DNA of 64,000 nucleotides from positions 992,001-1,056,000 of the forward strand of contig JBDOQK010000002.1 of the NCBI GenBank assembly GCA_040437565.1, written 5' to 3'. The notes beneath the pieces were generated by a model. The model was not told where the DNA came from. It saw nothing but the letters and a program-made list of their open reading frames with translations, and made no database searches. This DNA is from Albugo candida. Its lineage: Eukaryota. This document shows positions 26,354 to 37,535 of the stretch, one piece after another; position 1 is the stretch's first letter; each line of letters starts with the position of its first letter. A program made the position numbers and the translations under genes.

Positions 26354-26771
26354 CGCAATCAAATATACATCAAACTTTGGGATATACCATGAGTTATTAA
26401 TCGCCTTCTGGTAGTCGGATAAAACCATACGCAGGCTGTCTAATCAGCTGCACGTGCACTGTCTAATAATCACAGTTGTGATTGCAACAAATTTCTGATT
26501 TTATCGAGATTTCGATGGAGCGTGCCGAGTACTTGCCATTGATCCATGAACAGGCATAAATTTTTAGGCGGAAAAAGCAAGCCTTACGTAAGCGCATTTC
26601 CTTTATTGAGTGTGCATGCCGTGATAAACCTCTTCTCTTATAAACGTCGATAGTAAAGAGGCGTTGGTTTGNNNNNNNNNNNNNNNNNNNNNNNNNNNNN
26701 NNNNNNNNNNNNNNNNNNNNNNNNNNNNNNNNNNNNNNNNNNNNNNNNNNNNNNNNNNNNNNNNNNNNNNN

Positions 26772-27414
26772 TCCACATTCATATACTGCTGATGCCAACG
26801 AATCATGAAATCGAGACGTGGTGTAGGGAAATTTCCTGATAGCTCTGCTATGCATCCTCAAGTGCATAGCAGAGCTATCAGGAAATTTCCCTACACCACG
26901 TCTCGATTTCATGATTCGTTGGCATCAGCAGTATATGAATGTGGAGTTTTTGAATGCGGATGGCCAACTCAATGCCCAAGAAATGTGGCGAACGGGGACA
27001 CCGTATAAATACGGAATTCATGATCTTCGTGATTTGGTCTCGACATCTTTACCACAGGAAATGCGACAATATCGACACCCTCGATCACGTATATAGCGCA
27101 ATCAAATATACATCAAACTTTGGGATATACCATGAGTTATTAATCGCCTTCTGGTAGTCGGATAAAACCATACGCAGGCTGTCTAATCAGCTGCACGTGC
27201 ACTGTCTAATAATCACAGTTGTGATTGCAACAAATTTCTGATTTTATCGAGATTTCGATGGAGCGTGCCGAGTACTTGCCATTGATCCATGAACAGGCAT
27301 AAATTTTTAGGCGGAAAAAGCAAGCCTTACGTAAGCGCATTTCCTTTATTGAGTGTGCATGCCGTGATAAACCTCTTCTCTTATAAACGTCGATAGTAAA
27401 GAGGCGTTGGTTTG
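26772..27414. repeat. Gap-adjacent duplicate of opine dehydrogenase 3' end, preceded by an 83-bp fold-back
   Basis: 26851-27414 matches 26108-26671. 26772-26854 is the reverse complement of 26863-26945. Confidence 0.85.
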
Positions 27415-27534
27415 GAAGGCGAGGTCGAGCAAAGTGCTGAGACTCTTATGCTACATCCAGCAGTCATCGAGCTCAAAATTGGATGGAAGAGATTCAGTAG
27501 TAGTGGATAACATACAGCTTGAGCGCACCCGGAC

Positions 27535-28078
27535 TAAAACCTTACGAGAAGTGCACAGAAAGGTGTCATGCAAAAGTTGGTTGACATGCAAGGCTATAAT
27601 CGATCCCGTCCTCTGAGAGAAAGGAAACTGATTAAACTCGGAAACGCGAAAGCAGTGATTATCAGGGTTTGCGAGCCTCGACAGTCACTGCTGAGAATTT
27701 GTGGCTCAAAAATCTCTTTACGAAGCATTGGAAAAAATTTATATTCACTTTAGATAAAATTGCTCCAGTGAAGCTTTCTCAGTACGATCAAGTCTGTATG
27801 TCACCGCATGATACCTCTGTTAATGTCGACATGGTTTGGCGAAGATCCCATACATCATGCAATCAGGAATGTAGCAATCGAGGAGTTGTATTCTTGCTGA
27901 CCTACCACGGATGGACGAGATGAGAGCATCACAGAAATGGAGTGATTTGCACTTGAGTAGGAACGCGACAATTCTGTTTGTGTCTCATGCCCTACCAGCA
28001 AATTCAGACGATGAATAGGCAGCGAATAGTACTGCAAAGTCTTAGGAGCGAAAAAAGAATAAGCGGAAGGAACGATAA
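27535..28078 (+). pseudogene. Degenerate copy A of an unidentified gene family (inverted homologue at 43712-44385)
   Basis: Shares EVHRKV(S/A)CKSWL and a 3' segment DDE(K)xANSTAxSxxRKK with the reverse complement of 43712-44385. Multiple stops. Confidence 0.5.
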
Positions 28079-28120
28079 TATTATAATATTACTCACTAGA
28101 CTGTTCTCATATCATGATAC

Positions 28121-28659
28121 TCACCTACAAGGCATTACCATATGCTCGCAAACTTGAATTTCTTGCTGTAAACGCATATCTTCAGTTCCGATGATGAGGA
28201 TGCGTACAAAACTCTGACCAAAATAAGCCAGCTGATCAAAAAATCCTCCGTAAGATTTGTTGTCGTTGTTGGCGGTACATACCGTATCGGTAGTGAGCGC
28301 CAAAACGGTTTCCTGCACCTTCACCGGTGGCGCGTCAACATCAACCACTTGAACGTTGCCCACCTCCTCCACGTCCATCTCCAAGCCATAATCGTTCCCC
28401 TTCGTCGGTGGCACGTCAAGAGCAATCACCGGAATGTTGACCACCTCCTCCACGTCCATCTCCAAGCCATTTTCGTTCCCCTTTATCGATGGCGCGTCAA
28501 CAGCAACCACCGGAATGTTGACCACCTCCTCCACGTCCATCTCCAAGCCATAATCGTTCCCCTTCGTCGGTGGCACGTCAAGAGCAATCACCGGAATGTT
28601 GACCACCTCCTCCACGTCCATCTCCAAGCCATAATCGTTCCCCTTCGTCGGTGGCACGT
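28121..28659 (-). CDS. 3' part of 27-aa Val/Pro/Glu tandem-repeat protein (paralogue L); 5' end lost in gap
   Basis: Open frame of VEEVVNIPVIALDVPPTKGNDYGLEMD repeats followed by a unique C-terminus ending VMPCR*. Confidence 0.6.
28331..28659 (-). repeat. 81-bp tandem repeat, at least 4 near-identical units, truncated by gap
   Basis: ccacctcctccacgtccatctccaagcc recurs at 28360, 28441, 28522 and 28603. Confidence 0.95.
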
Positions 28660-28803
28660 NNNNNNNNNNNNNNNNNNNNNNNNNNNNNNNNNNNNNNNNN
28701 NNNNNNNNNNNNNNNNNNNNNNNNNNNNNNNNNNNNNNNNNNNNNNNNNNNNNNNNNNNAGGCGTCGGGCAACATGTGCAAAGTACGTTTATTAGGTCCT
28801 CAG

Positions 28804-31800
28804 TGTTGATAAATGGACCGTGTGGAGAAGATGGTTCGGGGCACGACTCTCGAGAAGAATAGAAAGTACGTTTATTAAGTTTCAGATCGCTAAGTACAAT
28901 ATGTGTAATATTAGAATCTTCAGCATGGCCTTTAGTGTCCAATGTGGTCTACACCATCAACAGTCTCCCTCGTTTTGTAATCTCCAAGGTTTGACTTCTT
29001 CAGCAACATTTGGAGTTGCTTAGTCAGTAGTGGCTTAGTCAAATAATCGGCCACTTGACACTTTGAATTGACGTGCTTCACTTCAATATTTCCAAATTTC
29101 ACGACGACACTGTTGGAAGATGGCCGATATGTACGATGTCATTTGACGACCGTGCTGTTTAAAATATAGAGTGAAATGTTGTAGTTTGTAAGCGGACAGA
29201 ATACATAGGAAGCGCATATGATAAAAGTTAAGAATAGTTCTAAATTTGAACTCAAGAAAACAAATCAATAAATTATGAGCCCAAGGACGCCCGACGTTCC
29301 CACGCGCGCCGAGGGCGCACAAACGATATCGGGCGACCGCAACCAGATCGCCGTATCTCCACCTACCAATACTGCAGAGGAAGCTACGCATGAGGTGAGA
29401 GATGTATTTAGTAATTTGAACCTCAAGATAATCGAGGCATTGACGGCCATGCAAGAACGCATGGCTCGCCTCGAGCTATCGCAACTCAAGAGAGAAGAGG
29501 ACGAGCGCATGGAAGGCGCTCAGGAAACTGGTGTGTATCAGTACGCGTTTGAATGTTTTTTTGATCGTGTCGGATGGAGATGAATTCTACATACCCTCCA
29601 CCTGTGAGAGCTCCTATACCAAGGTCAACGCAGTTCACGAGATCAATGTACCGACAGCATCAAGAATATGTTGCCATGGGGCAGAATCACGCTCTGCCTC
29701 AGGAGCAGATGCCGCAGCGTGCACCTGTTTCGCCTAACTACAACCCACCTCAAATGTTTCAGTGTGGTTTATTGGATGCTTGGCAGAGGAAGTTCTCAGT
29801 ACGATCGTTCGATGGTAAAGAGCTCTATGAAGGACTAGGCTCAGGATTTCTGGACTGGGGTCATCGTTTCGTTCGATAGCTCGTGTGGTTTTGATTGGTC
29901 GGAAGAAGTTAATGCTGACCTCCTAGGGAACTAAAAACAAAAAATAAATAAATTATGATTTAACAAAGATCTGAGTGGTACTGTGGATCGTAATCATCAT
30001 AAACAACTTGGTGGCAACAGCAGACGACGCTGCAACATGTCATGGAAAGACTACACCAGAAATTCAAAACAACTATCACTCAGGCCATGGGAACCAAGTT
30101 ACTGATAGGCAGGAAGGACTTGAAGCGATCGTGGCCTGACCATTATTTGTATCTCTTCGCAGTCAGTGACGCGACGGGTGGCGCAGAAGCGCTGGTTCTC
30201 GATAATGTTGTCCAGTACGCCGGTACTGATCTCCGCCAAGTACTTATGTGTACTGAGTACGCCAATAATCGTACGGATTACCTGAGACACGCCCAGGAGC
30301 TGGCTCATTTTGCACAGGCGATTGAAATCGATTTGGGTGGCGCCAGGGTGACTGGGAAGAAAGTTGTGCTACATATTTTGGGAATTTGCATCCGAGACGT
30401 GAGACTCGGACGTGCTAAAACTGTAACAAAGTTAGACATATCGCGGCGAAGTGCCGTGGTAAGAACAGCAAGGGAGGTGGATATGGCAATGGACGTGGCG
30501 TACATATGACTATCGCTGTAGTCAATGACACAGAGATAATTCAGGATCGACGGATTTTAGACAGTAGGTCTAGACGACACCGTATGTGTGATGAGAGAAT
30601 GCTTGAAAATGCCCGCGATTGTGACAGCGAGTAATTGCTGTCAGGTGGACAATCGCTACGTGCAACGAAGGTCAGGTCCATGATTCTTCAGGTGACGGCC
30701 GCTGGTAGACCTTCTACAGCGCGCTTGACTGACGTTCACCTCGCACCGTTAGTCACGAGAAACATTACCTCATATGGAAAGCTGAAGAACAAGGGTTTCA
30801 AGCCCATGTATGCAGACGGTCGTCGGTTACTGGTGGATCCAAGACTGGTGCGGTGATTTTTGACGAGCAGATGAACAATCACGTGCCTAAAATGCAAACT
30901 AAGTCAGAGCCGTTGGGCGAAGAACCAATTGATGTGATCATGGCAGTTATCAAGGAAGGGACGACTGCCGATCCAGATACGAACTTACGAGTTGGTACGC
31001 TCATGCAGTTTCACCGTCGTATGGCTCACTTGTCATACGACACTATTGAGCGTATGGCGAAGGAACCAAGATCCGGAATCAAATTGAGCGATAAGAAACG
31101 TGAGAAATGTTTGACTTGCGCCCAGGGAAAGCAGACAAGAAATGAAGAGTCACGCAAGGAATCGGGAAAGGATTCACCTATCGACAGAATTGGAGGGGTG
31201 ATATGCAGCGACTTAGGGGGCCCGATACCGAAGGATCGATTTGGAAATCGATACTTGGTAAATTTTTGCGACCATACGTCGGATTATTGCCGTGTGTTCC
31301 TGGCTAGGACCAAGGATGCAGCTGCCAAGAAGTTCAAGCACATTCTGGTTTTATTTGAAAAAATGTTGGACTGTCGCGTTTATATTTTGCGCACGGATGA
31401 TGGCGATGAGTACCGGAATGTTCATTTGTCTTACAAGAGAAATGGGGTCGCACGACAAGTCTCTGAACCAAATAGTCAAGTGCCGAACGGGAAAGCAGAA
31501 CGCATGCACAGGACTATTTTGAATATGGCTCGATGCATGATTTTTGCAAGTAAATTGCCGCTGTATTCTGGGGCGACGCCGTGAAGAATGCGGCGTCCAT
31601 CCTCAACAGAAGCCCAAGCCGCGCTAACACAAAAAGGGCATTGCCGTTTGAGGTTTTGACGAAGAAGAACCCGCACTTGAGCTCTATTGTCACTTTTGGT
31701 TCAGTATGTAATGTGTACAGGGACTCCCGCAAGAACTCCCTACGACGAAGATCGCAAGTTGGAATTATTGTCGACGAGAGCGACGAGATGAAGGGATATC

Positions 31801-34800
31801 GTGTTTCCTGAAAAAAGACAGGATGGTGATTGTAATCCAGCATATCTAGAATGTTAAGACTCTAAATGAAGCTCAAAACTGTGAGTTTCAGCGTGAGTTT
31901 ACGTCTAATGATATCACTGTCGAAGTGGTATCAGAAGGAGATGACAAGAGTTTAGCCTCGCCTGAGATTCCCGTGGACGATATGACTAAAAAAAAGTGAA
32001 GGAGAACAAGACCTGGCAGAGATCTAGACACGCGACACGCTCGACTACAAGAACAAAAGAACTTGGTGGGCAGCAGTAGGAGACATATCAGAATGTGGTG
32101 AACCATATTGTCGAGCGTGATCCACGAAACTACAGTGAAGCTATGAGAAGTTCCAAGGTCGTGAAATGAAATATAGTCACGGAGGAAGAGATTTCGGCCT
32201 TGCGTCGTCTAGGAGCTCTAAAGTCATCAAGGGACTTCAGGATAGCAATGCGCTGCATAGCAAGTGAGTTTTCAAGACAAAATGGACGCCGAAGGACAAT
32301 TCGAGAGTTTTAAGACTCGTCTTGGTGCTTGTGGAAACGAGCAAAATATTGGGTCGATTTGTTTTACTTTCGCGGTGGTCATGGACATGTCTACCGTTAA
32401 AAACATACTGGCTTTGGCAACTCTTTGGGGTGTTCCAGCTCAACGTGGCGACGTGCAATATGCCTACGTGCAGGCGAACAAAGAAAATGGTGTGGATATT
32501 TCTCTACATGTACCAGGCGGTATGGAGTTTACAAGCCATGAGCTAAGTGAGTTGGCAGCTAAAAGCGCTGCCGAGCTCGTCTTGCGACTAAAAAAGACGC
32601 TTTATGGTCTCAAGCTGGACGGCAGATTGTGGAGTCAATTTAATAATGACAAACTGTATGAAACTGCATTTGAGCGCTGCATCACCGACATGTGCCTTTA
32701 TTACAATTTCATTGACAAAAACATCATAGCTGTTGGCGTCTATGTCAACGACCTGCTTGTAACATTGACACGCGCTGAATTGATGGAAGATCTCTTCCAG
32801 TACCTTGGATCCTTGGCGATCAAGAAGCTTGTTGCAGTGAAGAAGTTTCTTGGAATGCATATCCACAATAACGATAGTGGCGGGTATGACTTCGATCAGG
32901 GAGGCGCTCGACGAAATCCTCCGTGATACCGTGATGGACTTGGTCAAAACCGTGAGGACGCCAATAAGGGATGAATGTTATGAAGAGAACTTGGGCGATT
33001 AAAACTTGCTGCCCGTGCACGCGAGTGACAGCCAACCAATGATCAAGGCGTCCCAGTCTCTTGTCGGAAGCTTCCTATGGGTGAAGCGATGATTCGATGA
33101 TCGCATACGTTTCCATCGAGATTTGCCTAAAATTTGACAAACTTACTTGATTTTGAACCGAACGACATCGATTTGCGAATTGGAGCGTGCTTAGACACTC
33201 CTCATAACGTTCCCTCATCGGATGGATTGTCGCGATCAGCATTGTGATCGAATTCCCACCTATCCAAAAGCCCCAACGAATTCAATTCCAAACAATAGCG
33301 GTCTATTTATTTTCATGACTGGAATCTCGCAAAGCGCATTGTACGGTACCTGAAGAGCAGCAAGCTCCAGCTTCACATGGTCGCAGAGCCTAGAAATGGT
33401 GCTAAGCTTAATCTTTAAACTTTCGGTGATGCTGGCTTTCCTCGGACAAGACAGACTGAAAGTCGTTGAACGGAGGAGTGGTGATGCTCAACGATATGAT
33501 TGTCATCTGGGATGCAAAAACAAGGAGGAGATAGCTTATTCAGTATGGAGGCGGAATTTGTCGCCGCTTCTGACGCGGCACGTGAGTTCCTTGGGATACG
33601 CGAGTTGTTAATGGATCTGGAAATGGCAATAACAAATCCGATGACTATGATGGTAGGCAATCAGGATGTGATCGAGCACCTGGGAGGCGAAGCATCACAT
33701 GCGAAGGAAAAGAACATAGGCATTCGGATGAAGTTTGTATGCGATCAAGCAAGACGGGAATTATCATACCCCGCTAAGTACCGTCGGAAAAAAATCGTAT
33801 TGACGAAGGCGCTTGGTTTCCGTAAGCTTGCCGATATGCGTGCACTCGTAGGCCTGTAGTAACTCAACACGGCCGAGAAGGAGTCTTGGGAGATGGCCGA
33901 TATGCACGATGTCATTTAACGACCGTGCTGTTTGAAATAATGCGAAATGTTTTTTTTTGTAAGCAGACAGAATACATATGAAATGCATATGGTAACGGTT
34001 GATATAATTTCAAATTTGTACTCAAGAAAACAAATGAGAGGGAAAGATGACAAATGTCGATGTGCTTTGCTCGAATTGGATACCCATCATTCTTTGCAAT
34101 AGCAATTGCACTCGGATTGTCATCATATACAGGAATTGCGGACCCTTCCTGAATTCCCAATTCTTCCACAAGACTCTTGATCCATGACTTCTTGTGCACA
34201 AACAGATAGCGCAACAGATCTGCTTCGGCGGTAATCAAAGCAACACCTCTTTGTAATCCTGAATTAAAAATGACAGGCTCTCCATTCATCATAATCATGA
34301 TACCTGACATAGCAGCCTGCAGCCTAATCCCTCTCGCTACACGCACTAATCTGTAGATCTGGGCCAGATAGAAACCAAATCCCACTTGGTTTCCGTATAC
34401 TTTGAATATTGCAACACTCAAATTGCTACCTTCCGATGTGTCTCAATTGAGTTTTCGAGATGTCGACTTAGCTGACATACAGCAAATCTAATATCAGTTC
34501 TTGTCCCATTCGCAATGTACCAGTAATGATTTAACCAACGAACGAAAAGTCGCTTTTTCATCCGTGGGTCTTTGATCTCACTTTTCGTCAATGACTGACC
34601 CACAATTATTGGGTTGTATACTGGTTTCGAGTCAGCTTGATTAAACTTTTCAATCATTCTCGAGATGCATGCTGTCTGCGAGATCTTCATCACTCTCTTG
34701 CTTTGACTATACTCAGTTCCATGCCAAGGATGTATCTCACCTAACCTAGTATCTTGAGTGAAAAATCGTTCTTCAATTGTAACGTGATGTTGTCAATCAC

Positions 34801-35067
34801 TCCCAACTTCTTGCTCCTACCAGCAGATCGTCAACNNNNNNNNNNNNNNNNNNNNNNNNNNNNNNNNNNNNNNNNNNNNNNNNNNNNNNNNNNNNNNNNN
34901 NNNNNNNNNNNNNNNNNNNNNNNNNNNNNNNNNNNATGTGGAGTCATGTTCCGCATGTCGAAAAAAATTCAATAAACCGTTTTCCATCGATTAAACTCTA
35001 GCTCTGTCTCAAATATATTTGAGATCAGCTTGTACCATGTAAATGCTGCTTGCTTTAGGCAATATAA
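28804..35067 (-). mobile_element. Truncated Ty1/Copia element (3' LTR 28804-28962, PPT, RNase H/RT remnant), interrupted by the Copia at 29111-34039
   Basis: 159-bp TGTTG..CAACA LTR with adjacent purine tract. YDDNPSAIAIAKNDGYPIRAKHIDI and ISQTACISRMIEKF on the minus strand. Same family as the 55346-62689 element. Confidence 0.85.
29111..34039 (+). mobile_element. Degenerate full-length Ty1/Copia LTR retrotransposon
   Basis: Similar LTRs at 29111-29270 and 33884-~34039, PBS-like aattatgagccca at 29271, PPT gagaaggag. Gag, GAG-pre-integrase (FHRRMAHLS..CLTCAQGK), integrase (NGKAERMHRT), RT (LKKTLYGLK, VYVNDLLV) and RNase H (SMEAEFVA), all with stops or frameshifts. Confidence 0.92.
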
Positions 35068-35292
35068 GAGATTACAAGGCGAGGGAGACTGTTGATGGTG
35101 TAGACCACATTGGACACTAAAGGCCATGCTGAAGATTCTAATATAACACATATTGTACTTAGCGATCTGAAACTTAATAAACGTACTTTCTATTCTTCTC
35201 GAACGTCGTGCCCCGAACCATCTTCTCCACACGGTCCATTTATCAAGACTAAGGACCTAATAAACGTACTTTGCACATGTTGCCCGACGCCT
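35068..35292 (+). repeat. Inverted copy of 28760-28984 (PPT + LTR 35090-35248 + flank)
   Basis: Reverse complement of 28760-28984, with about 7 substitutions counted by eye. Confidence 0.93.
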
Positions 35293-35491
35293 CGACCCAA
35301 TGCATACAGTAGCCTAGTCCTTCCTAGTATCTTGTACAACACTATTTAAACAACGATGATTGATGAGCTATCACGAGAATTCTCTGCAAGAGACTATGGC
35401 AGGTAAGCGCCATATTCGTTTCTTATTCTTGATGAGAATGGTCAATATCAATCATAGTTACTGTTTGTGCTTGGTTTAGGGCACTTATCAA

Positions 35492-36175
35492 ATGATTCTA
35501 TCAAGTGTTTTCAACCTAATCGAAGCGGCTCTGACGACATTTCGGATGGGCTGCAGCAGGATTAAATGTTTGTGGAGGGATCTGGGGGCTCCGACGATAG
35601 TGGAGGAGATTTCTGGGAATGTCCCGGTGATGGTCGTGGAGGAGGTGGTCAACATTCCGGTGGTTGCTGTTGACGCGCCACCGATGAAGGGGAACGAAAA
35701 TGGCTTGGAGATGGCCGTGGAGGAGGTGGTCAACATTCCGGTGATTGCTCTTGACGTGCCACCGACGAAGGGGAACGATTATGGCTTGGAGATGGACGTG
35801 GAGGAGGTGGGCAACGTTCAAGTGGTTGATGTTGACGCTCCACCGATGAAGGGTAATGGATATAGTGTGGAGATGGCCGTGGAGCAGGTGGTCAACATTC
35901 CGGTGGTTGCTGTTGGCACACCACCGATGAAGGGTAAAGAAAATAGTGTGGAGATGGTCGTGGAGGAGGTGGTCAACATTTCGGTGGTTGCTGTTGACGC
36001 ACTACTGATGACGCGTAAGGAAATTGTTGCGGAGATGATCGGGGAGGAAGTGGTCAACATTCCGGTGGATGCTGTTGGCGCGCCACCGATGAAGGGTAAC
36101 GAAAAGAGTGCGGAGATGGCCGTGAAGCAGGTGGCCAACATTCTCGTGGTTGCTGTTGACGCGCCACTGAAGTAA
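35492..36175 (+). CDS. 27-aa Val/Pro/Glu tandem-repeat protein (paralogue R), 227 aa; same frame continues past TAA to 36466
   Basis: ORF from ATG 35492 with repeats VEEVVNIPVVAVDAPPMKGNENGLEMA. TAA at 36173-36175 replaces the unit's Lys codon and repeats continue in frame. Confidence 0.55.
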   Translation: MILSSVFNLIEAALTTFRMGCSRIKCLWRDLGAPTIVEEISGNVPVMVVEEVVNIPVVAVDAPPMKGNENGLEMAVEEVVNIPVIALDVPPTKGNDYGLEMDVEEVGNVQVVDVDAPPMKGNGYSVEMAVEQVVNIPVVAVGTPPMKGKENSVEMVVEEVVNISVVAVDALLMTRKEIVAEMIGEEVVNIPVDAVGAPPMKGNEKSAEMAVKQVANILVVAVDAPLK

Positions 36176-36292
36176 TGTAACGAAAATGGTGCGATGATGG
36201 TCGTGAAGGAGGTGGTCAACATTTTTCTGGTTGATGATATCGCAACAGAGATAAAGGGTAACGAAAATAGTGATGAGATGGTCGTGGAGGAC
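35636..36292 (+). repeat. 81-bp tandem repeat, about 8 units, progressively diverged
   Basis: Unit starts at 35636, 35717, 35798, 35879, 35960, 36041, 36122, 36203 and 36284 (partial). Confidence 0.95.
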
Positions 36293-36429
36293 GTCATTCC
36301 TCACGCCGATGTTGAAGAAAGGCCGACCCGCATGACAATATTCGTACATAGTCGGAATCCTCCAACAGCGAGCCTGGAACGTTCTCAATCTACTGCACGA
36401 CAATATCCGCAACATTGTTTCAATCCGTC

Positions 36430-37500
36430 ATCTCACAGCGGCCATTGTTTAATAACCCTTTCGTGAGGTATATGGAGCTATACTCCCCAGACTTTCACTT
36501 TTCTGATATTTGCAACCCACTTGAACGCCGCGTAACGTTTGATTTCCATTAAACAGTCGATGACAGGAAGACTCATAATTCCCTTCAACACGCTGCTTAC
36601 TGCTTCCACTTTGGTCGATGTCAAAGTGTTGTATCTTGAACATCGAGAGAAAGCTGTTGACCGATTTCATGTCCAACCTCCTGTAGCCACACCAGCGCAC
36701 TGATATCAAAATTTGCGATATTCGCTTTCGCCTTCTCGTTCTCCACCGTTGCTCGTGAACGAGCCAATATCCATGCCAAATTCTTCAACAACTAGGACTT
36801 GTATTTCTGTAAGTCCCTTGTCTCTATCACGTAACACGAATGCTGGAGATGGCTGGAGGCTGAATTGTAGGAAGTTCAAAAACTAGCTCCAGTTATTTTC
36901 ATTCACCGACACGAGCCCAAGTCCGACAATTTGGATCACGCTGTTTCCATATCAAAAGCACGCTCCAAGGAGAATCCCACCGACTGCCACGCTCGCTGTA
37001 TGACTTTTATGCCCGAAGACCTTCACGTAAAATGACACTCAACCGCATGAATTCATCATCTACGATTTAAGGTTTCCTTCGGGCCTGGAATGTTTAGTGC
37101 AGCCATGTAGGATGGAATGAGGCTGTATTGCTCAATATCACTTCCCTATAACTCAAGCTTCAACTTTTTGAGTGCGTGAGAACAGTTCATATATGGGGTG
37201 GAAATCCTTCCGTTTTTGTAACTTCGTTTATATCATCAAGGTAGTCACTTTCTTACCGGAGATTATGGCCATATCTCTGACTGCAGGATTTACACCAATT
37301 ATTTCACAGTTGTATATCTACGAGGCACCTCTGACGATTCGGATACTTGACAGGAGTGCAAAATAAACTTCGTTGTAGGGCTGAATGCCTGAATGATATC
37401 CTTTTCATTGGCATAGCTCCTTTTCTCAAAGAAGCTCTTCTTGTTTCTGTTCTAGGTCGTCGTATTCCATCGCTGGTACTGAAATGAGTAATATGTATAT
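36430..37500 (-). mobile_element. Highly decayed MuDR/MULE transposase remnant (boundaries approximate)
   Basis: Minus strand near 36800-36980 reads GILLGACF*YGNSVIQIVGLGLVSVNENNWS*FLNFL...VLRDRDKGL, resembling the MULE DDE core. Confidence 0.65.
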
Positions 37501-37535
37501 TCGAACGTATAGTGTACAGCCTTGTTATATCTTTT

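Noticed and set aside
24866..27414. Apparent multiple opine dehydrogenase copies
   Set aside because: Exact repeats flanking two N gaps (offsets 710 and 743); assembly artefact.
28121..28942. 273-aa ORF fusing LTR-derived peptide to the repeat protein
   Set aside because: The frame is joined only through 100 Ns. In the contiguous right arm the LTR ORF stops at 35349, before the gene.
35636..36292. 81-bp repeats as a CRISPR-like array
   Set aside because: Units are contiguous with no unique spacers, the length is a multiple of 3, there are no cas genes, and the context is eukaryotic.
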